A stretch of 64,000 bases of DNA from a bacterium (GTDB taxonomy: Bacteria > Margulisbacteria > WOR-1 > O2-12-FULL-45-9 > XYB2-FULL-48-7): the NCBI GenBank assembly GCA_043812655.1, contig JBDRLW010000003.1, positions 32,001-96,000 on the forward strand. The letters run 5' to 3'. The notes below the pieces were generated by a model, which did not search any database, had not been told where the DNA came from, and worked only from the letters and a program-made list of their open reading frames with translations. The position numbers and the translations under genes were made by a program. Shown here one piece after another: positions 1 to 10,314 of the stretch (the stretch's first letter is position 1; each line of letters begins with the position of its first letter).

Positions 1-210
1 TACAAATATCGATGTTTTCACCTGAAAAAGATGCGTGCTCAATAAATGTCCTGTTAGCAGCGTTTTCATGACGGACCCATGGTAACCTTGCATCAAAATC
101 ATATTAACCACAAAGAGCTTGCTCAACATGAATAATGCTAGAATTGCGGTAATCAATACAGGAGTACGATATACAAACAATAATAATTTAATTTTACTCG
201 TTTTACCCAT
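1..210 (-). CDS. Hypothetical protein of the polysaccharide operon, N-terminal part only (runs off window)
   Basis: Own translation MGKTSKIKLLLFVYRTPVLITAILALF..., open to position 1; AGAGGAG RBS upstream of the ATG at 210. Confidence 0.55.
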   Translation of the reverse strand, partial: MGKTSKIKLLLFVYRTPVLITAILALFMLSKLFVVNMILMQGYHGSVMKTLLTGHLLSTHLFQVKTSIFV

Positions 211-252
211 TTTTAATCTCCTCTAATTCTAGCAAATTCAGATAATGATCAA

Positions 253-1785
253 TCATGATATTCTACCTTCGATCTCATCCATCATTTCCTCTTCTTCAAT
301 TGCAAGACTAAAGCGGTTTAATGGCCGTCTGAAAGCCTGATTTAATACCCTTTTGAGAACAACAAAATCGGTCAGTCCCAAACCAATAACAGAATACACA
401 ACGAGCGCAAAGGCGGAAATTATCCAGGAAAGCAATAAGGATACTGGAAAAGCAAGGAAAACAAGTTTGGTTACAACCAGAATCCCTATCCCCAGCAAGG
501 ATACTAGCGTAATTTTCTTCCAAGGATATATAATCCTTAATATTTTCACCGACACCATTTCGGCAATAATAAATGTCAGCAAATATGCAAATACTGTCAC
601 CCAGGCAGCACCTAATATACCCCATTTTGGGATTGCAAATATATTAAGTGCCACACTTGTGCCTCCGGCGATTAAAGTAATGATCGGAATAAGATAGGTG
701 TGCTTTTTGAAAAACAATGGGCTGACAGCAAACATATACAGGCCTCTAAATATACTCGAAAATACAAGGATCCCAGCTACTCCGGATGCCGCATAATAGG
801 CCTGGGAAGCCATTACTTTAAGTATCAGGCTGGAAAATAAAATAAAACCCAGAACCATTGCCAGCACTGCAACATACCAATAGCCGATAATATCCGCATT
901 AATTGCGATAGCCTTATTTTCGTTTTTTTCTGCTGATTCAATAAAATATGGATTGTAAGCCATATTAAAACAACCAACCAGCAGCAATGGCACCGAAGCG
1001 ATGCGGCTGGCTAGGGAAAATAGCCCGATATCAGAAAGAGGCACAAATTTCTCTAGTATAATTTGATTTGCCCCGGTAAACATGAAGGTGCCTAATGAAT
1101 GAGGAATTAGAGGTAAAGAATAGGCTAAAGCCAGCGGAACAAAGCCCCAAACAAACCTCCTGCAAAACCAATCTCTAATCAACCAAAAAGCCACCAGGCA
1201 ACCAATTAGGGCCGCCAATAAGTTTGCCCAGAAAAAACCCAACATCCCAACCTGTTTATAAACAACAAGGTAAACCGAAAGCAAAATAGTCGCTAGTAAA
1301 ACAACGACATTTAAAACAAAGAAATGTTTGGCCATTTGCATAACTTTAAAAATGGCTGTCGGCGCTTGATAAAGAGCAATCAGCACAACAGTAATCAAAG
1401 ACAAACGAAAATAAGGTTGATAAGTTAACCCGCTATTAGGGTAGACAAAGCTAACAAGCTGATTACCAAAAAGCTCTAAAAGCAGGAAGCTAGCGATCAT
1501 CATTGCAATCATTATTAAAATAACTGTGCTTAGAAACTCCCTAGCCTTTTGTTTTTCACCTTTTGCTATAAACTGCAATACATATCTGGCAATCCCACTT
1601 TGGAGCTGCAAAGCAATAAATATTCCGACAATCGCCGTGAAAGAGCTTACCAAGCCAATAACGGCATATTCTGCCGGCGTCAAATATCTTGTATACAAAG
1701 GCAAAAGAAAAAAACCAGCTACAAGCGGCAGGATCAACGCAATTGTATAAATACCAGTATTAGTCAATATTTTCAGTTTTGACAT
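253..1785 (-). CDS. wzx: Wzx-type polysaccharide flippase (MOP family)
   Basis: 510 aa with many TM segments; LLPLYTRYLTPAEY and YSLPLIPH motifs typical of Polysacc_synt flippases; locus context. Confidence 0.85.
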   Translation of the reverse strand: MSKLKILTNTGIYTIALILPLVAGFFLLPLYTRYLTPAEYAVIGLVSSFTAIVGIFIALQLQSGIARYVLQFIAKGEKQKAREFLSTVILIMIAMMIASFLLLELFGNQLVSFVYPNSGLTYQPYFRLSLITVVLIALYQAPTAIFKVMQMAKHFFVLNVVVLLATILLSVYLVVYKQVGMLGFFWANLLAALIGCLVAFWLIRDWFCRRFVWGFVPLALAYSLPLIPHSLGTFMFTGANQIILEKFVPLSDIGLFSLASRIASVPLLLVGCFNMAYNPYFIESAEKNENKAIAINADIIGYWYVAVLAMVLGFILFSSLILKVMASQAYYAASGVAGILVFSSIFRGLYMFAVSPLFFKKHTYLIPIITLIAGGTSVALNIFAIPKWGILGAAWVTVFAYLLTFIIAEMVSVKILRIIYPWKKITLVSLLGIGILVVTKLVFLAFPVSLLLSWIISAFALVVYSVIGLGLTDFVVLKRVLNQAFRRPLNRFSLAIEEEEMMDEIEGRIS

Positions 1786-1797
1786 ATCTAAATCTCA

Positions 1798-2286
1798 TTA
1801 TGGCTCGATCCTAAACATTATCTGTCGATCATTAACAATATGATCTGTAATAAATCCGACGTTCTTAAATAGTTTCTGCGAAGCTAGATTATCAACATCG
1901 ACCCCCGCCTCTATTTTCTTCAGTTTTAATGAGAAAAACGCATAATTAATAACCTCTTTTAATGCTTCAGACGCATAACCCTTCCCCCAATATGCCTTGT
2001 CCCCGATCGCAATGCCAACCGTGCCAAACCCATTCTCCCGATCGATTGATGAAAACGTTATATTTCCGATATGCTTCTCGTTAGTTTTGTCAAAAACACC
2101 AAGTAGCAACCGCTCCTTAACCCCTTCATAGGATCGGACATAGGCTTGCACCATATCAATATCTTGTCTTATATCCTTAACCGATAGGAAGTGATTGACC
2201 TCAGGATCATTCAACCAATCGACATAGCGTTGTGTAACATCAACAACCTTTAACGGCCTAAGATTGACTCTATTGCCGCTTATCAT
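1798..2286 (-). CDS. GNAT N-acetyltransferase (RimJ/RimL type)
   Basis: IGDKAYWGKGYASEA acetyl-CoA motif, NLASQKLFKNVGF; start moved to the ATG of MISGNRV. Confidence 0.8.
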   Translation of the reverse strand: MISGNRVNLRPLKVVDVTQRYVDWLNDPEVNHFLSVKDIRQDIDMVQAYVRSYEGVKERLLLGVFDKTNEKHIGNITFSSIDRENGFGTVGIAIGDKAYWGKGYASEALKEVINYAFFSLKLKKIEAGVDVDNLASQKLFKNVGFITDHIVNDRQIMFRIEP

Positions 2287-2287
2287 C

Positions 2288-2809
2288 TTATGCGGCATCC
2301 CTATAATATTCATGCGCCAACATGCTAATTATGATCGTATCCATATATTTGCCATCCCAAAAAGTCGCTTCTCTCATAATTCCTTCCTGAATAAAACCAC
2401 ATTTTAATGCGAGCTTAACCGCCCCCTCATTAAAAGCAAAAGCTTCCCCCCAAAGGCGGTGTAAATTATATTCACCAAACCCCTTCCTCTTAAAAAAATC
2501 ATAGATTTCAATCCCTAAAGCAACATCTTCGGTAGGACTAATTGATTGACCAAGATAATACGAAATTTCCGCAGAACGATCTTTCCAATTAATATGCGTT
2601 AAGCCACAGAGCCCAACCGGCTTTTCATCCATCAGAATCAGGAACATGTCATCCACCTTAGAAGTAGAAACCCTTTCAAACCAGTTATTTTGGTTGACCA
2701 TATTAAGAAGCCTATATTCGCGACAATACTTCCTAACCTTTTCTTGATTCCTCCAATCTCTTAGTAATGGAAGGTCCTCCCTTTCCATTTGCCGATACTT
2801 AATATCCAT
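2288..2809 (-). CDS. GNAT N-acyltransferase, PseH-like
   Basis: WRNQEKVRKY, INWKDRSAEI, GFIQEG motifs; nonulosonate locus context. Confidence 0.75.
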   Translation of the reverse strand: MDIKYRQMEREDLPLLRDWRNQEKVRKYCREYRLLNMVNQNNWFERVSTSKVDDMFLILMDEKPVGLCGLTHINWKDRSAEISYYLGQSISPTEDVALGIEIYDFFKRKGFGEYNLHRLWGEAFAFNEGAVKLALKCGFIQEGIMREATFWDGKYMDTIIISMLAHEYYRDAA

Positions 2810-2829
2810 TTCATCCTCCTTTAAAATAA

Positions 2830-3513
2830 TTACAAACCGCCATCAATGGCTATTTTCGCTCCGTTGACATAAGGAGATCTGATTAAAAAATCAATTGCAT
2901 TAACGATATTTGAGACTTTCCCAAATGATTTTGACGGAATCTTATCTAAGATACTCTTTTGGTCATTTTCACTTAGCGTTTCAATTAAACCAACATCAAA
3001 ATAACCCAACACCAACAAATTCGAAGTAATATTAAAACGCGCATATTCCTTTGCTAGGACACGTGACATACCAATCAGCCCAGTTTTAGTTGTGGAGTAT
3101 GCAATGGTGCCTATCCGTCCCTCCATGCCTACAACGGAAGAAACATGAACAATACGTCCCCAGCGTTCGTTAATCATAATAGGAAGCAAGGCCTTGGTCA
3201 GTAAAAAATCACCTTTTAAATTAGTTGCTAGCACTTTATCCCAATCAAGCTCGGAGTAATTAGCCGCCAATGCATCAATACTAGACGCTGCCAAATTAAT
3301 TAAAGTAACTTTTTTTAGCTCACTTCTACGCTTCTCCACAAATGCATTTATAGCCGTAGAGTCAGTGATATCTAATTTTTCAATTGAAAACCCGTTCATC
3401 GCAATCACTTTTGGCTTGGTTTTATTGTAAATCCCAATAACCTGATCCATTGCCAATAATTTGCTCAAGATTTCTTTTCCGATTCCACCAGACACACCGG
3501 TTAGAATGATCAT
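2830..3513 (-). CDS. SDR oxidoreductase, FabG-like 3-oxoacyl-ACP reductase
   Basis: TGVSGGIG, YSTTK catalytic motif, IDGGL end; ATGA overlap with the FabH-like gene. Confidence 0.8.
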   Translation of the reverse strand: MIILTGVSGGIGKEILSKLLAMDQVIGIYNKTKPKVIAMNGFSIEKLDITDSTAINAFVEKRRSELKKVTLINLAASSIDALAANYSELDWDKVLATNLKGDFLLTKALLPIMINERWGRIVHVSSVVGMEGRIGTIAYSTTKTGLIGMSRVLAKEYARFNITSNLLVLGYFDVGLIETLSENDQKSILDKIPSKSFGKVSNIVNAIDFLIRSPYVNGAKIAIDGGL

Positions 3514-4475
3514 TGATTTTCTCCCCACTTAATCAAACAACCGCCCCAAGACAAGCCTACTCCAAACCCAATTAACATAACTTGATCCCCCTTTTTTAGA
3601 CGCTTCTGTTCGGCGGCATCCTTAAGGGCGATCGGAATTGAAGCGGAAACAGTATTACCAACCTTTTGACAATTGATAAAGACTTTTTCTTCTGGCAGCT
3701 GTAGTCGACGAATAATATTTTCCATAACAAGCTTGCTGGCTTGGTGAAAAACAAATAAATCAATATCTTCAATGGTTTTCCCGGCTTTTTCTAATAAAGA
3801 ATTAACACACTTGGGGACCCTATCCATAGTAAACATAAAGACCTTCGCCCCGTCCATGACCAACTTATCCCCTTCCTCTTTTCTAGCCCCGCTTGATGGA
3901 ACAATTAAGCTACTAAAGCCAGAGCCGTCAGTCCCCAACTCAAAGGGGCCAAGCAAGTCAGCTTTGCTCTGGGCTAACACGATTGCGGCTCCTCCATCAC
4001 TAAATAATGGTCGACAGGTTCGATCTGATTTATCAATATATTTTGTATAAGTTTCACTGCAAACGATCAACCCTTTCCTTGCTATTCCGGCCTCTAGCAT
4101 CGAACCACCAATGGCCAGAGCGTAAACAAAACCTGAGCAACCAAGATTGACGTCAAAAGCAGCACAATCCTTTTTAATCCCCAGACGATCCTGCAGAATA
4201 CAAGCTGAAGTTGGCAAGGCATAGTCAGGTGATTGCGTAACCATAATAATAAAATCAATATCATGCCTTGAATGAACAGATGAAAACAACTTTTCCGACG
4301 CAATTAATGCCAGATCAACAGCTGTTTGCCCTGGCTCAGCTATATGACGGACATAAACACCTGTTTTCTTCTCAATATCATCAATCCGCCAATCCGGATT
4401 ATCATTTTTAAGAACCTTCCCATCCTCAGTTTTTTCAGGAAGATAGTATTCAATTGCCTGTATCTCAACTTTCAT
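3510..4475 (-). CDS. 3-oxoacyl-ACP synthase III (FabH-like)
   Basis: DVNLGCSGF (Cys), VFHQAS (His), GNTVSASIP (Asn), GFGVGLSWG. Confidence 0.9.
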   Translation of the reverse strand: MKVEIQAIEYYLPEKTEDGKVLKNDNPDWRIDDIEKKTGVYVRHIAEPGQTAVDLALIASEKLFSSVHSRHDIDFIIMVTQSPDYALPTSACILQDRLGIKKDCAAFDVNLGCSGFVYALAIGGSMLEAGIARKGLIVCSETYTKYIDKSDRTCRPLFSDGGAAIVLAQSKADLLGPFELGTDGSGFSSLIVPSSGARKEEGDKLVMDGAKVFMFTMDRVPKCVNSLLEKAGKTIEDIDLFVFHQASKLVMENIIRRLQLPEEKVFINCQKVGNTVSASIPIALKDAAEQKRLKKGDQVMLIGFGVGLSWGGCLIKWGENQ

Positions 4476-4495
4476 TATTGCCTACTTATAAATAT

Positions 4496-4741
4496 TTATA
4501 TTAAGCTATTATCTTTCAAGATGTGCATAATCCCCTTAACCGAATTGGCCGTCGCCATCTCTTTTATTGCTGCGATCTTTCCATCAAAAAGCTCATCTAA
4601 TGATGAAAGAATCGCCAAATGCCCTAAAGAATCCCATTCTTCCAACCCTCCGACCATGCTATCTAACGTCAATTTTTTACCTTTGAGGCTCAATGCCTTT
4701 TCCATCGCCGCTAACACTTCACTCTCTGTTTTATTTACCAT
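4496..4741 (-). CDS. Acyl carrier protein
   Basis: 81 aa, WDSLGHL phosphopantetheine site, adjacent to the FabH-like gene. Confidence 0.85.
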   Translation of the reverse strand: MVNKTESEVLAAMEKALSLKGKKLTLDSMVGGLEEWDSLGHLAILSSLDELFDGKIAAIKEMATANSVKGIMHILKDNSLI

Positions 4742-4759
4742 AACAAACCTCCTTATAAT

Positions 4760-5485
4760 CTAACTATTATAGGCAACATAAATATCAGTAAAACAAAGGA
4801 CCAGGCCAAACTTCTCTGTAAATTGGACATATCCCCTTTGTTGCAGCGCTTTTAATGCCCCAAGATGTTCGCTCATCTCTTTGGGGAGCGGCCATACATC
4901 ATGGGCTAAACGTTCAACATGTGAAAAATGATCGTTAGCAACTTTAACGATTTTATCTACATCAGAAAAGGAAATAATCGGGAAAAATAATCGGCCACCA
5001 TGATTAAGATACTTTGCTGCTTGTTGAATTACTTGAACGATAAGAAATGTTCCATCCGCCCCAGCAACACAAGGAACATTGTTGAACCAAGGGGAAATTT
5101 TTGCCGCTTCTTCAGAAACCCCAGAAATATCATCAACAATGCAATCAAATTTTTCATCACTCCACGGCTCAAAAAGAGATCCGGCTCTTGCCTCCACAGG
5201 ACAATTATACTTTTTAGCATTGAGATTGACTGATTCAACCGCTTTTTCGCTCAGATCTGACGCATAGAGGGATCCTTCTATTAAGCCTAGTTTATGCAAC
5301 GCTATTCCAACCGCGCCACAACCACACCCAAGGTCAACCGTTTTTCCAGGGCTTTTAACATATCCCTTTACAGCCTTAACTAAACTTTGGCTAGTTCCAG
5401 TTGGAACAAATACTCCTGCCGGCACATTTAACAATAATTCTTCGGATGGTCCATACTTAAAAGTATAGGAAGCCTGTTCTAGCAT
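4760..5485 (-). CDS. Class I SAM-dependent methyltransferase (HemK/MTS-like)
   Basis: VDLGCGCG motif I, ASDLS, GSLFEP. Confidence 0.8.
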   Translation of the reverse strand: MLEQASYTFKYGPSEELLLNVPAGVFVPTGTSQSLVKAVKGYVKSPGKTVDLGCGCGAVGIALHKLGLIEGSLYASDLSEKAVESVNLNAKKYNCPVEARAGSLFEPWSDEKFDCIVDDISGVSEEAAKISPWFNNVPCVAGADGTFLIVQVIQQAAKYLNHGGRLFFPIISFSDVDKIVKVANDHFSHVERLAHDVWPLPKEMSEHLGALKALQQRGYVQFTEKFGLVLCFTDIYVAYNS

Positions 5486-5497
5486 ATTAATTCCCCC

Positions 5498-6526
5498 TCA
5501 TATTGATTTCCAAGTTATCCACTCATCAGCCTTAATGGATCTTTTTGTTTTTTTACCGACAACTTTATCAAAATATTTCGGCTGAATACCAAAACTTGGT
5601 CTTTTAACAATCAGCATTTCATCTTTAATAATTGTCCCTTTCGGGATTTCTGTTTTAGCGTGGATACTGCGGCGACCAATTTGATAATTCTCCATCTCAC
5701 AAGCTCTTGGGCCAAGTTTTTTACCTGACCCAATCGCTGCTTCAACCTCACGGATTTGGCTTACAAGCGCTTTTAATTCTTTCGGCTCAACAGCAAAGGG
5801 ATGATCGGGCCCCTCCATCTTTTTATCAAGCGTAAAATGCTTTTCGATTACTTTCGCTCCCATCGCAACGGCGGCAACAGAGATATGAATTCCCAAGGTA
5901 TGATCTGATAAACCAGAAATAACACCAAGAGAACCGCTAATATTCTTCATTGCGGATAAATTCATAATTTCGGCCTTTGCCGGATAAGCGGAAGCGCACT
6001 GCAGGAAAATAACTTTCTTATTCCCTGCGTTAATACAGGTTGAATAGGCATCTTTAATTTCTTGCATTTTTGCTAGACCGGTAGATATGATTATTGGTTT
6101 TTTTTTCTTTGCAATAAATTTGATCAAGGGAATATCAACCAACTCAAAAGAGGCGATTTTATATAGATCCACGTATGGAGCTAGTTCATCAACCGCCTCC
6201 GCGTCAAAAGGAGTGGCAAAGAACGTTACATTCTTTTTATTGCAATAGGCTTTAAGCTCAGGAATCCATTTACGCGGCAGTTCAATGTCTTTTATCATTC
6301 TCCATAAGTCTTTTTTGTAATAAGAATGACGTGGGACATTTTTAGAATACAGCTTTTCAGCTGAATAAATCTGAAACTTAACCGCATTTGCACCAGCCTC
6401 TGCTGCTTTATCGATCAGCTTTTTTGCAGTTCTTAAGCTCTTGTTATGATTTGCCCCAATATCTACAATAATAAAGCATGGATCGTCCCCGCCAATCATA
6501 ATGTTTCCAACTTTAATTCTGTTCAT
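5498..6526 (-). CDS. NeuB/PseI-family nonulosonic acid synthase with C-terminal SAF domain
   Basis: GANHN, AVKFQ, KIASFE, STG, GLSDHT, IEKHFTLD motifs. Confidence 0.9.
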   Translation of the reverse strand: MNRIKVGNIMIGGDDPCFIIVDIGANHNKSLRTAKKLIDKAAEAGANAVKFQIYSAEKLYSKNVPRHSYYKKDLWRMIKDIELPRKWIPELKAYCNKKNVTFFATPFDAEAVDELAPYVDLYKIASFELVDIPLIKFIAKKKKPIIISTGLAKMQEIKDAYSTCINAGNKKVIFLQCASAYPAKAEIMNLSAMKNISGSLGVISGLSDHTLGIHISVAAVAMGAKVIEKHFTLDKKMEGPDHPFAVEPKELKALVSQIREVEAAIGSGKKLGPRACEMENYQIGRRSIHAKTEIPKGTIIKDEMLIVKRPSFGIQPKYFDKVVGKKTKRSIKADEWITWKSI

Positions 6527-6534
6527 GTTTGTCG

Positions 6535-7845
6535 TTAATCCAACCTCTTAAACCCTGCATGGCAAACCGGCCCCTTTAAACTAGACTCCACCTTAGCCGA
6601 CTGAATGGCACTGGCTATAACAGCAAATGCTTCATCCACTGCAAAAAGATACTTATCTACAATCTCCGGCGAATGGGCAAAGGACGCGTAGAAAGAATTT
6701 GTCGCTAGGCACCCTTTTTCAAGCATAATTTGGGTAAATAAGGTTTTTATGGCCAGAGCATTATCGTATTTGAACGAAAAATGACCCAATGGTGGAATTC
6801 CTTCAACAGAGATGATAATTCGATGTTTTTTCGCCAAGTTGTCCCATCCCGCTTGGACCATTTTTCCAATCTTGATCAAATGCGCCGGCACATTTTCTTT
6901 TTGCATTTTCGCAATTGTTGCCAGAGCGGCCACCGGCCCAATTCTTTCTGTCCAGTATGTACTACTAATAAAGCTCTCCTGGGCCACCTGCATTACTGAT
7001 TTTTTACCTATTATGGCGGCCATCGGAAATCCGTTACTGATCCCTTTGGCAAATACTGCGATATCCGGCTCAAACCCATATTTTAAATGTGCACCACCAA
7101 CATTTAACCGCCAACCAGAACTTACTTCGTCACAAATCATCACGATCCCCAGCTCCTTGGTTGTTTTTCTAATCGTTTCAATAAAACCAGGCTTCGGTTC
7201 ATGATTCCTAACGGCTTCGGTAACAACACCGGCAATTCTTCCCTTATATTTATTTAGGAGTGCCAAATATTCTTCTGTGTCATTGTAAATAAATGGTTTC
7301 GCTGTTCCCTTTAATCCTCTAGGTACCCCTTTTGGGGAAAGCCCTGGCATTAAATGTCCGTCTAAGGCCGCATCATCCGCTAAGTTTGATGATAAGTACC
7401 AATCATGCCAACCGTGGTATCCTGAAAATAAGATAACATCCTTGTCAGCGGCCGCTCGAGCAATCCTGACCGCAATGCTCATCGCCTCTCCACCGGTTCG
7501 GGAATATCTAACCATCTCCGCCCAAGGATGTAATTCACATAAAAGTTCAGCTAACTCAACGTCTTCATAGCAATTTAAAGTTGTAGATGACCCTTTTGCA
7601 ATAGCCTGAGTTACTGCGGCATTAACATCGTCATCCGAATAACCCAAGATACTAGCGCCTACTCCCATAAAACTCATATCAATATATTTTTCACCATCAA
7701 GATCCCAAATCTCACACCCTTTTGCTTTTTCATAGTACGCAGGCCAGAGGTCGGGCAGATGCATCTCTGGTCTTTTTGATAAAAGTTGGGTTCCTCCAGG
7801 GATAATTGTCTTTGCTTTGTTATATAAGTCTTGTGAAATCCCCAC
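6535..7845 (-). CDS. Class III PLP aminotransferase (GSA-aminomutase-like)
   Basis: IPGGTQLLSKRP, DEVSSGWR, PDIAVFAKGISNG. Confidence 0.85.
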   Translation of the reverse strand: MGISQDLYNKAKTIIPGGTQLLSKRPEMHLPDLWPAYYEKAKGCEIWDLDGEKYIDMSFMGVGASILGYSDDDVNAAVTQAIAKGSSTTLNCYEDVELAELLCELHPWAEMVRYSRTGGEAMSIAVRIARAAADKDVILFSGYHGWHDWYLSSNLADDAALDGHLMPGLSPKGVPRGLKGTAKPFIYNDTEEYLALLNKYKGRIAGVVTEAVRNHEPKPGFIETIRKTTKELGIVMICDEVSSGWRLNVGGAHLKYGFEPDIAVFAKGISNGFPMAAIIGKKSVMQVAQESFISSTYWTERIGPVAALATIAKMQKENVPAHLIKIGKMVQAGWDNLAKKHRIIISVEGIPPLGHFSFKYDNALAIKTLFTQIMLEKGCLATNSFYASFAHSPEIVDKYLFAVDEAFAVIASAIQSAKVESSLKGPVCHAGFKRLD

Positions 7846-7847
7846 TA

Positions 7848-8750
7848 TTAGTTCCCCACCTTTGTTGCCATGCCTAGTTTTTCCTTATAGATGTCAATTA
7901 GGTGCTGGTAAATAAGATCTACTCTCTCATGTTGGAATGCTACAAAACTTAAATTTAATTTTTCGATTTTTTCCAGATCACCAATCGATTGACGAATTTC
8001 CTGAAAATTATTCAGACTATCAACGCCAATAATGACTTTATCTACATATTTATTAAGTAAAACAAAATTAATACATAAAGCCACTTTTGAGATGTGTTCT
8101 TGGGTAGAAAGCCGGCTAAGCTCTTCCACCTTATCCTTAATGGCAATCAAGGGACCGGTAAATTCAGCCTGATTACGAAAAGCAATCCCTTGCAGGAAAA
8201 CCGACCGCACATTGATCTCAATGCCTAAACCATGTAATTTCTCAAAATATGGCCCAAATCGCTGATCAAACACACTATAAGGGACCTGAACAATATCTAA
8301 ATTAATGCCTTGTTCAAGAAGTACATCAAGCTCATCCGGCGAATAAATCGATAAACCAATTTTTTTTATCCTCCCTAGCTTTCTTAACTCTACAAGCTGC
8401 GGCCATAATCCCGGATTATCGATATGATATTGATAATTATGGATCAAATAACCATAAAACGAATCAACCCCCAATGTATCTAGTGAAGTTTGAATTATCG
8501 CTTTAACTTCAGTAGCAGAAACGTTACCAGCTTTTGAGATAATACTAAAATATTTTTTATTAGCTTTAATATATTTTCCAATAACAGCCTCGCTCTCCCC
8601 ATATAGGGCAGCCGTATCAAGCGTATTTACCCCGGCTTGGGCTGCCACATCTAATATTTTAAAAACATCATCAATCGGGACTTTTCCCCGTTGATTATTA
8701 ATCCCATAATCAAATCCAAATTGGGCGGTTCCTAAAGTTATCCTATTCAT
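7848..8750 (-). CDS. Aldo/keto reductase
   Basis: LGTAQFG, LDTAALYGESE, RSVFLQG; start moved to MNRITLG (TAATG coupling). Confidence 0.85.
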   Translation of the reverse strand: MNRITLGTAQFGFDYGINNQRGKVPIDDVFKILDVAAQAGVNTLDTAALYGESEAVIGKYIKANKKYFSIISKAGNVSATEVKAIIQTSLDTLGVDSFYGYLIHNYQYHIDNPGLWPQLVELRKLGRIKKIGLSIYSPDELDVLLEQGINLDIVQVPYSVFDQRFGPYFEKLHGLGIEINVRSVFLQGIAFRNQAEFTGPLIAIKDKVEELSRLSTQEHISKVALCINFVLLNKYVDKVIIGVDSLNNFQEIRQSIGDLEKIEKLNLSFVAFQHERVDLIYQHLIDIYKEKLGMATKVGN

Positions 8751-9514
8751 TACTTCCATATCCGCCCATGCCCCCAATCCACCCCAATCTCTTCTACGGG
8801 TTTGCGAAGTTGCTTGTTTTTATCCCAATAATCAATAATTTCTTCGAGCTTAATCAGTCGATCCTTCCCCTTTAAGTCCCTATAGATGTAGCGACAAAAC
8901 ACTAAGTCTTCTGGGTAATCTACGGTTATCCGAATATCCGATCTTCTTAATTTTGATTCCGGACTTACCATCAAAACCTTAAAATCATCCTGATTATCAA
9001 AGATATAGGAGGTAATTAATTCTTTGTTGCGCTGTGTTCCATTCTTGTGGGATTTTTGCATCGATCCAAGGTCCATAATTGCAAAACTCGCCCCGTCAGG
9101 AAGCTCAGAAATGCTAGATAAGTGTAGCTTATCTTCAACGAACTTGGCAAATAACTCGTCGATTCGATCGTAATATAAATATGGGGATTCGGTTGAGTCA
9201 AGCAAGGCAACCTCAGTTCCAAATTTTTTAGCCGCCTCAATAATCCTGCCAAGCATGTCTTCTTCACTGCCAAACATATAGTTCCATCCCTGTTTTTCGG
9301 CTAATTCGGCAAACCCATAATTTTGCTTCCCTTCTGCAATGGCTAGGCAGATTGAATCAACACTCTTAATCTGCTTAATGTGTTTAACTAGGTATTCAAG
9401 AATTGTTATCCTATTTTCAATGTCTAGAAATTGTAGGGGTTTCCCATACAAACGGGTTCCGCCCACCCGGCAAGGTAAAATAGCATCAAATTTAATGTTC
9501 TTCATTTTTTCCAT
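8750..9514 (-). CDS. Cytidylyltransferase, SpsF/NeuA-like
   Basis: CRVGGTRLYGKPL, GSEEDML, RITVDYPEDL. Confidence 0.8.
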   Translation of the reverse strand: MEKMKNIKFDAILPCRVGGTRLYGKPLQFLDIENRITILEYLVKHIKQIKSVDSICLAIAEGKQNYGFAELAEKQGWNYMFGSEEDMLGRIIEAAKKFGTEVALLDSTESPYLYYDRIDELFAKFVEDKLHLSSISELPDGASFAIMDLGSMQKSHKNGTQRNKELITSYIFDNQDDFKVLMVSPESKLRRSDIRITVDYPEDLVFCRYIYRDLKGKDRLIKLEEIIDYWDKNKQLRKPVEEIGVDWGHGRIWK

Positions 9515-9523
9515 TTATGAAAG

Positions 9524-10312
9524 TTAAAACAAGCTTTTTGAGATGCCTCCATCGATCTGGATCGTCGTTCCTGTTATACCACAAGCCTGTTCAGAGCATA
9601 AAAATGTAACCAAATCACCCAATTCTTTTGGTTCCTGGTATCTCCTTAGAGGTAGATCCTTTACCGCATTCTTTTCAAATTCTTCGACCGTAATATTTTG
9701 TTTTTTTGCCGCATTAGTCATTAGCTCAATTGCCCTGTCAGTTTTAAAAGCACCCGGACATATATTATTAATTGTAATATTATCTTTGATCAATTCCCTA
9801 GATAGAGATTTCGCCATACTAATAACCCCAGTTCTAAAAACGTTTGAGAGGATTAGAGTTTCGGCTGGTTCTTTAACCGTTAGCGAGGTGGAATTTATAA
9901 TTCTCCCCCATTTATTCTCCTTCATCACCGGAATTACCAGGCGACACAGCCGAACAACATACATCAATAATGAATTAAAGGCTTTTTCCCACTCCTCATT
10001 CTTAAGATCAAAAAAGCTTCCTGGAGGTGGACCACCCGAATTATTCACTAATATATCAATTCGGCCAAACTTATTAAGGGTTTCCTTTACGATTCGCTCG
10101 TTATCAGTTTGCGATGACATATCTGCTTCTAAAGCTAAAACACTTACCCCAAGATCAGCCAGCTCTTTTCTGGTTGTATCTAGCGAGGGACGGTCATTTG
10201 CACAAATCGCTATGGCCACTCCTTCCTTGGCAAGTTGAAGAGCACACCCTTTACCCAAGCCCTTACTCGCTCCCCCAATTAACGCAACTCTGCCTTTTAA
10301 TTTTAGATCCAT
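9524..10312 (-). CDS. SDR oxidoreductase (atypical, no clear YxxxK)
   Basis: GGASKGLG, LVNNSGGPPPG, ITGTTIQIDGG. Confidence 0.85.
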   Translation of the reverse strand: MDLKLKGRVALIGGASKGLGKGCALQLAKEGVAIAICANDRPSLDTTRKELADLGVSVLALEADMSSQTDNERIVKETLNKFGRIDILVNNSGGPPPGSFFDLKNEEWEKAFNSLLMYVVRLCRLVIPVMKENKWGRIINSTSLTVKEPAETLILSNVFRTGVISMAKSLSRELIKDNITINNICPGAFKTDRAIELMTNAAKKQNITVEEFEKNAVKDLPLRRYQEPKELGDLVTFLCSEQACGITGTTIQIDGGISKSLF

Positions 10313-10314
10313 AA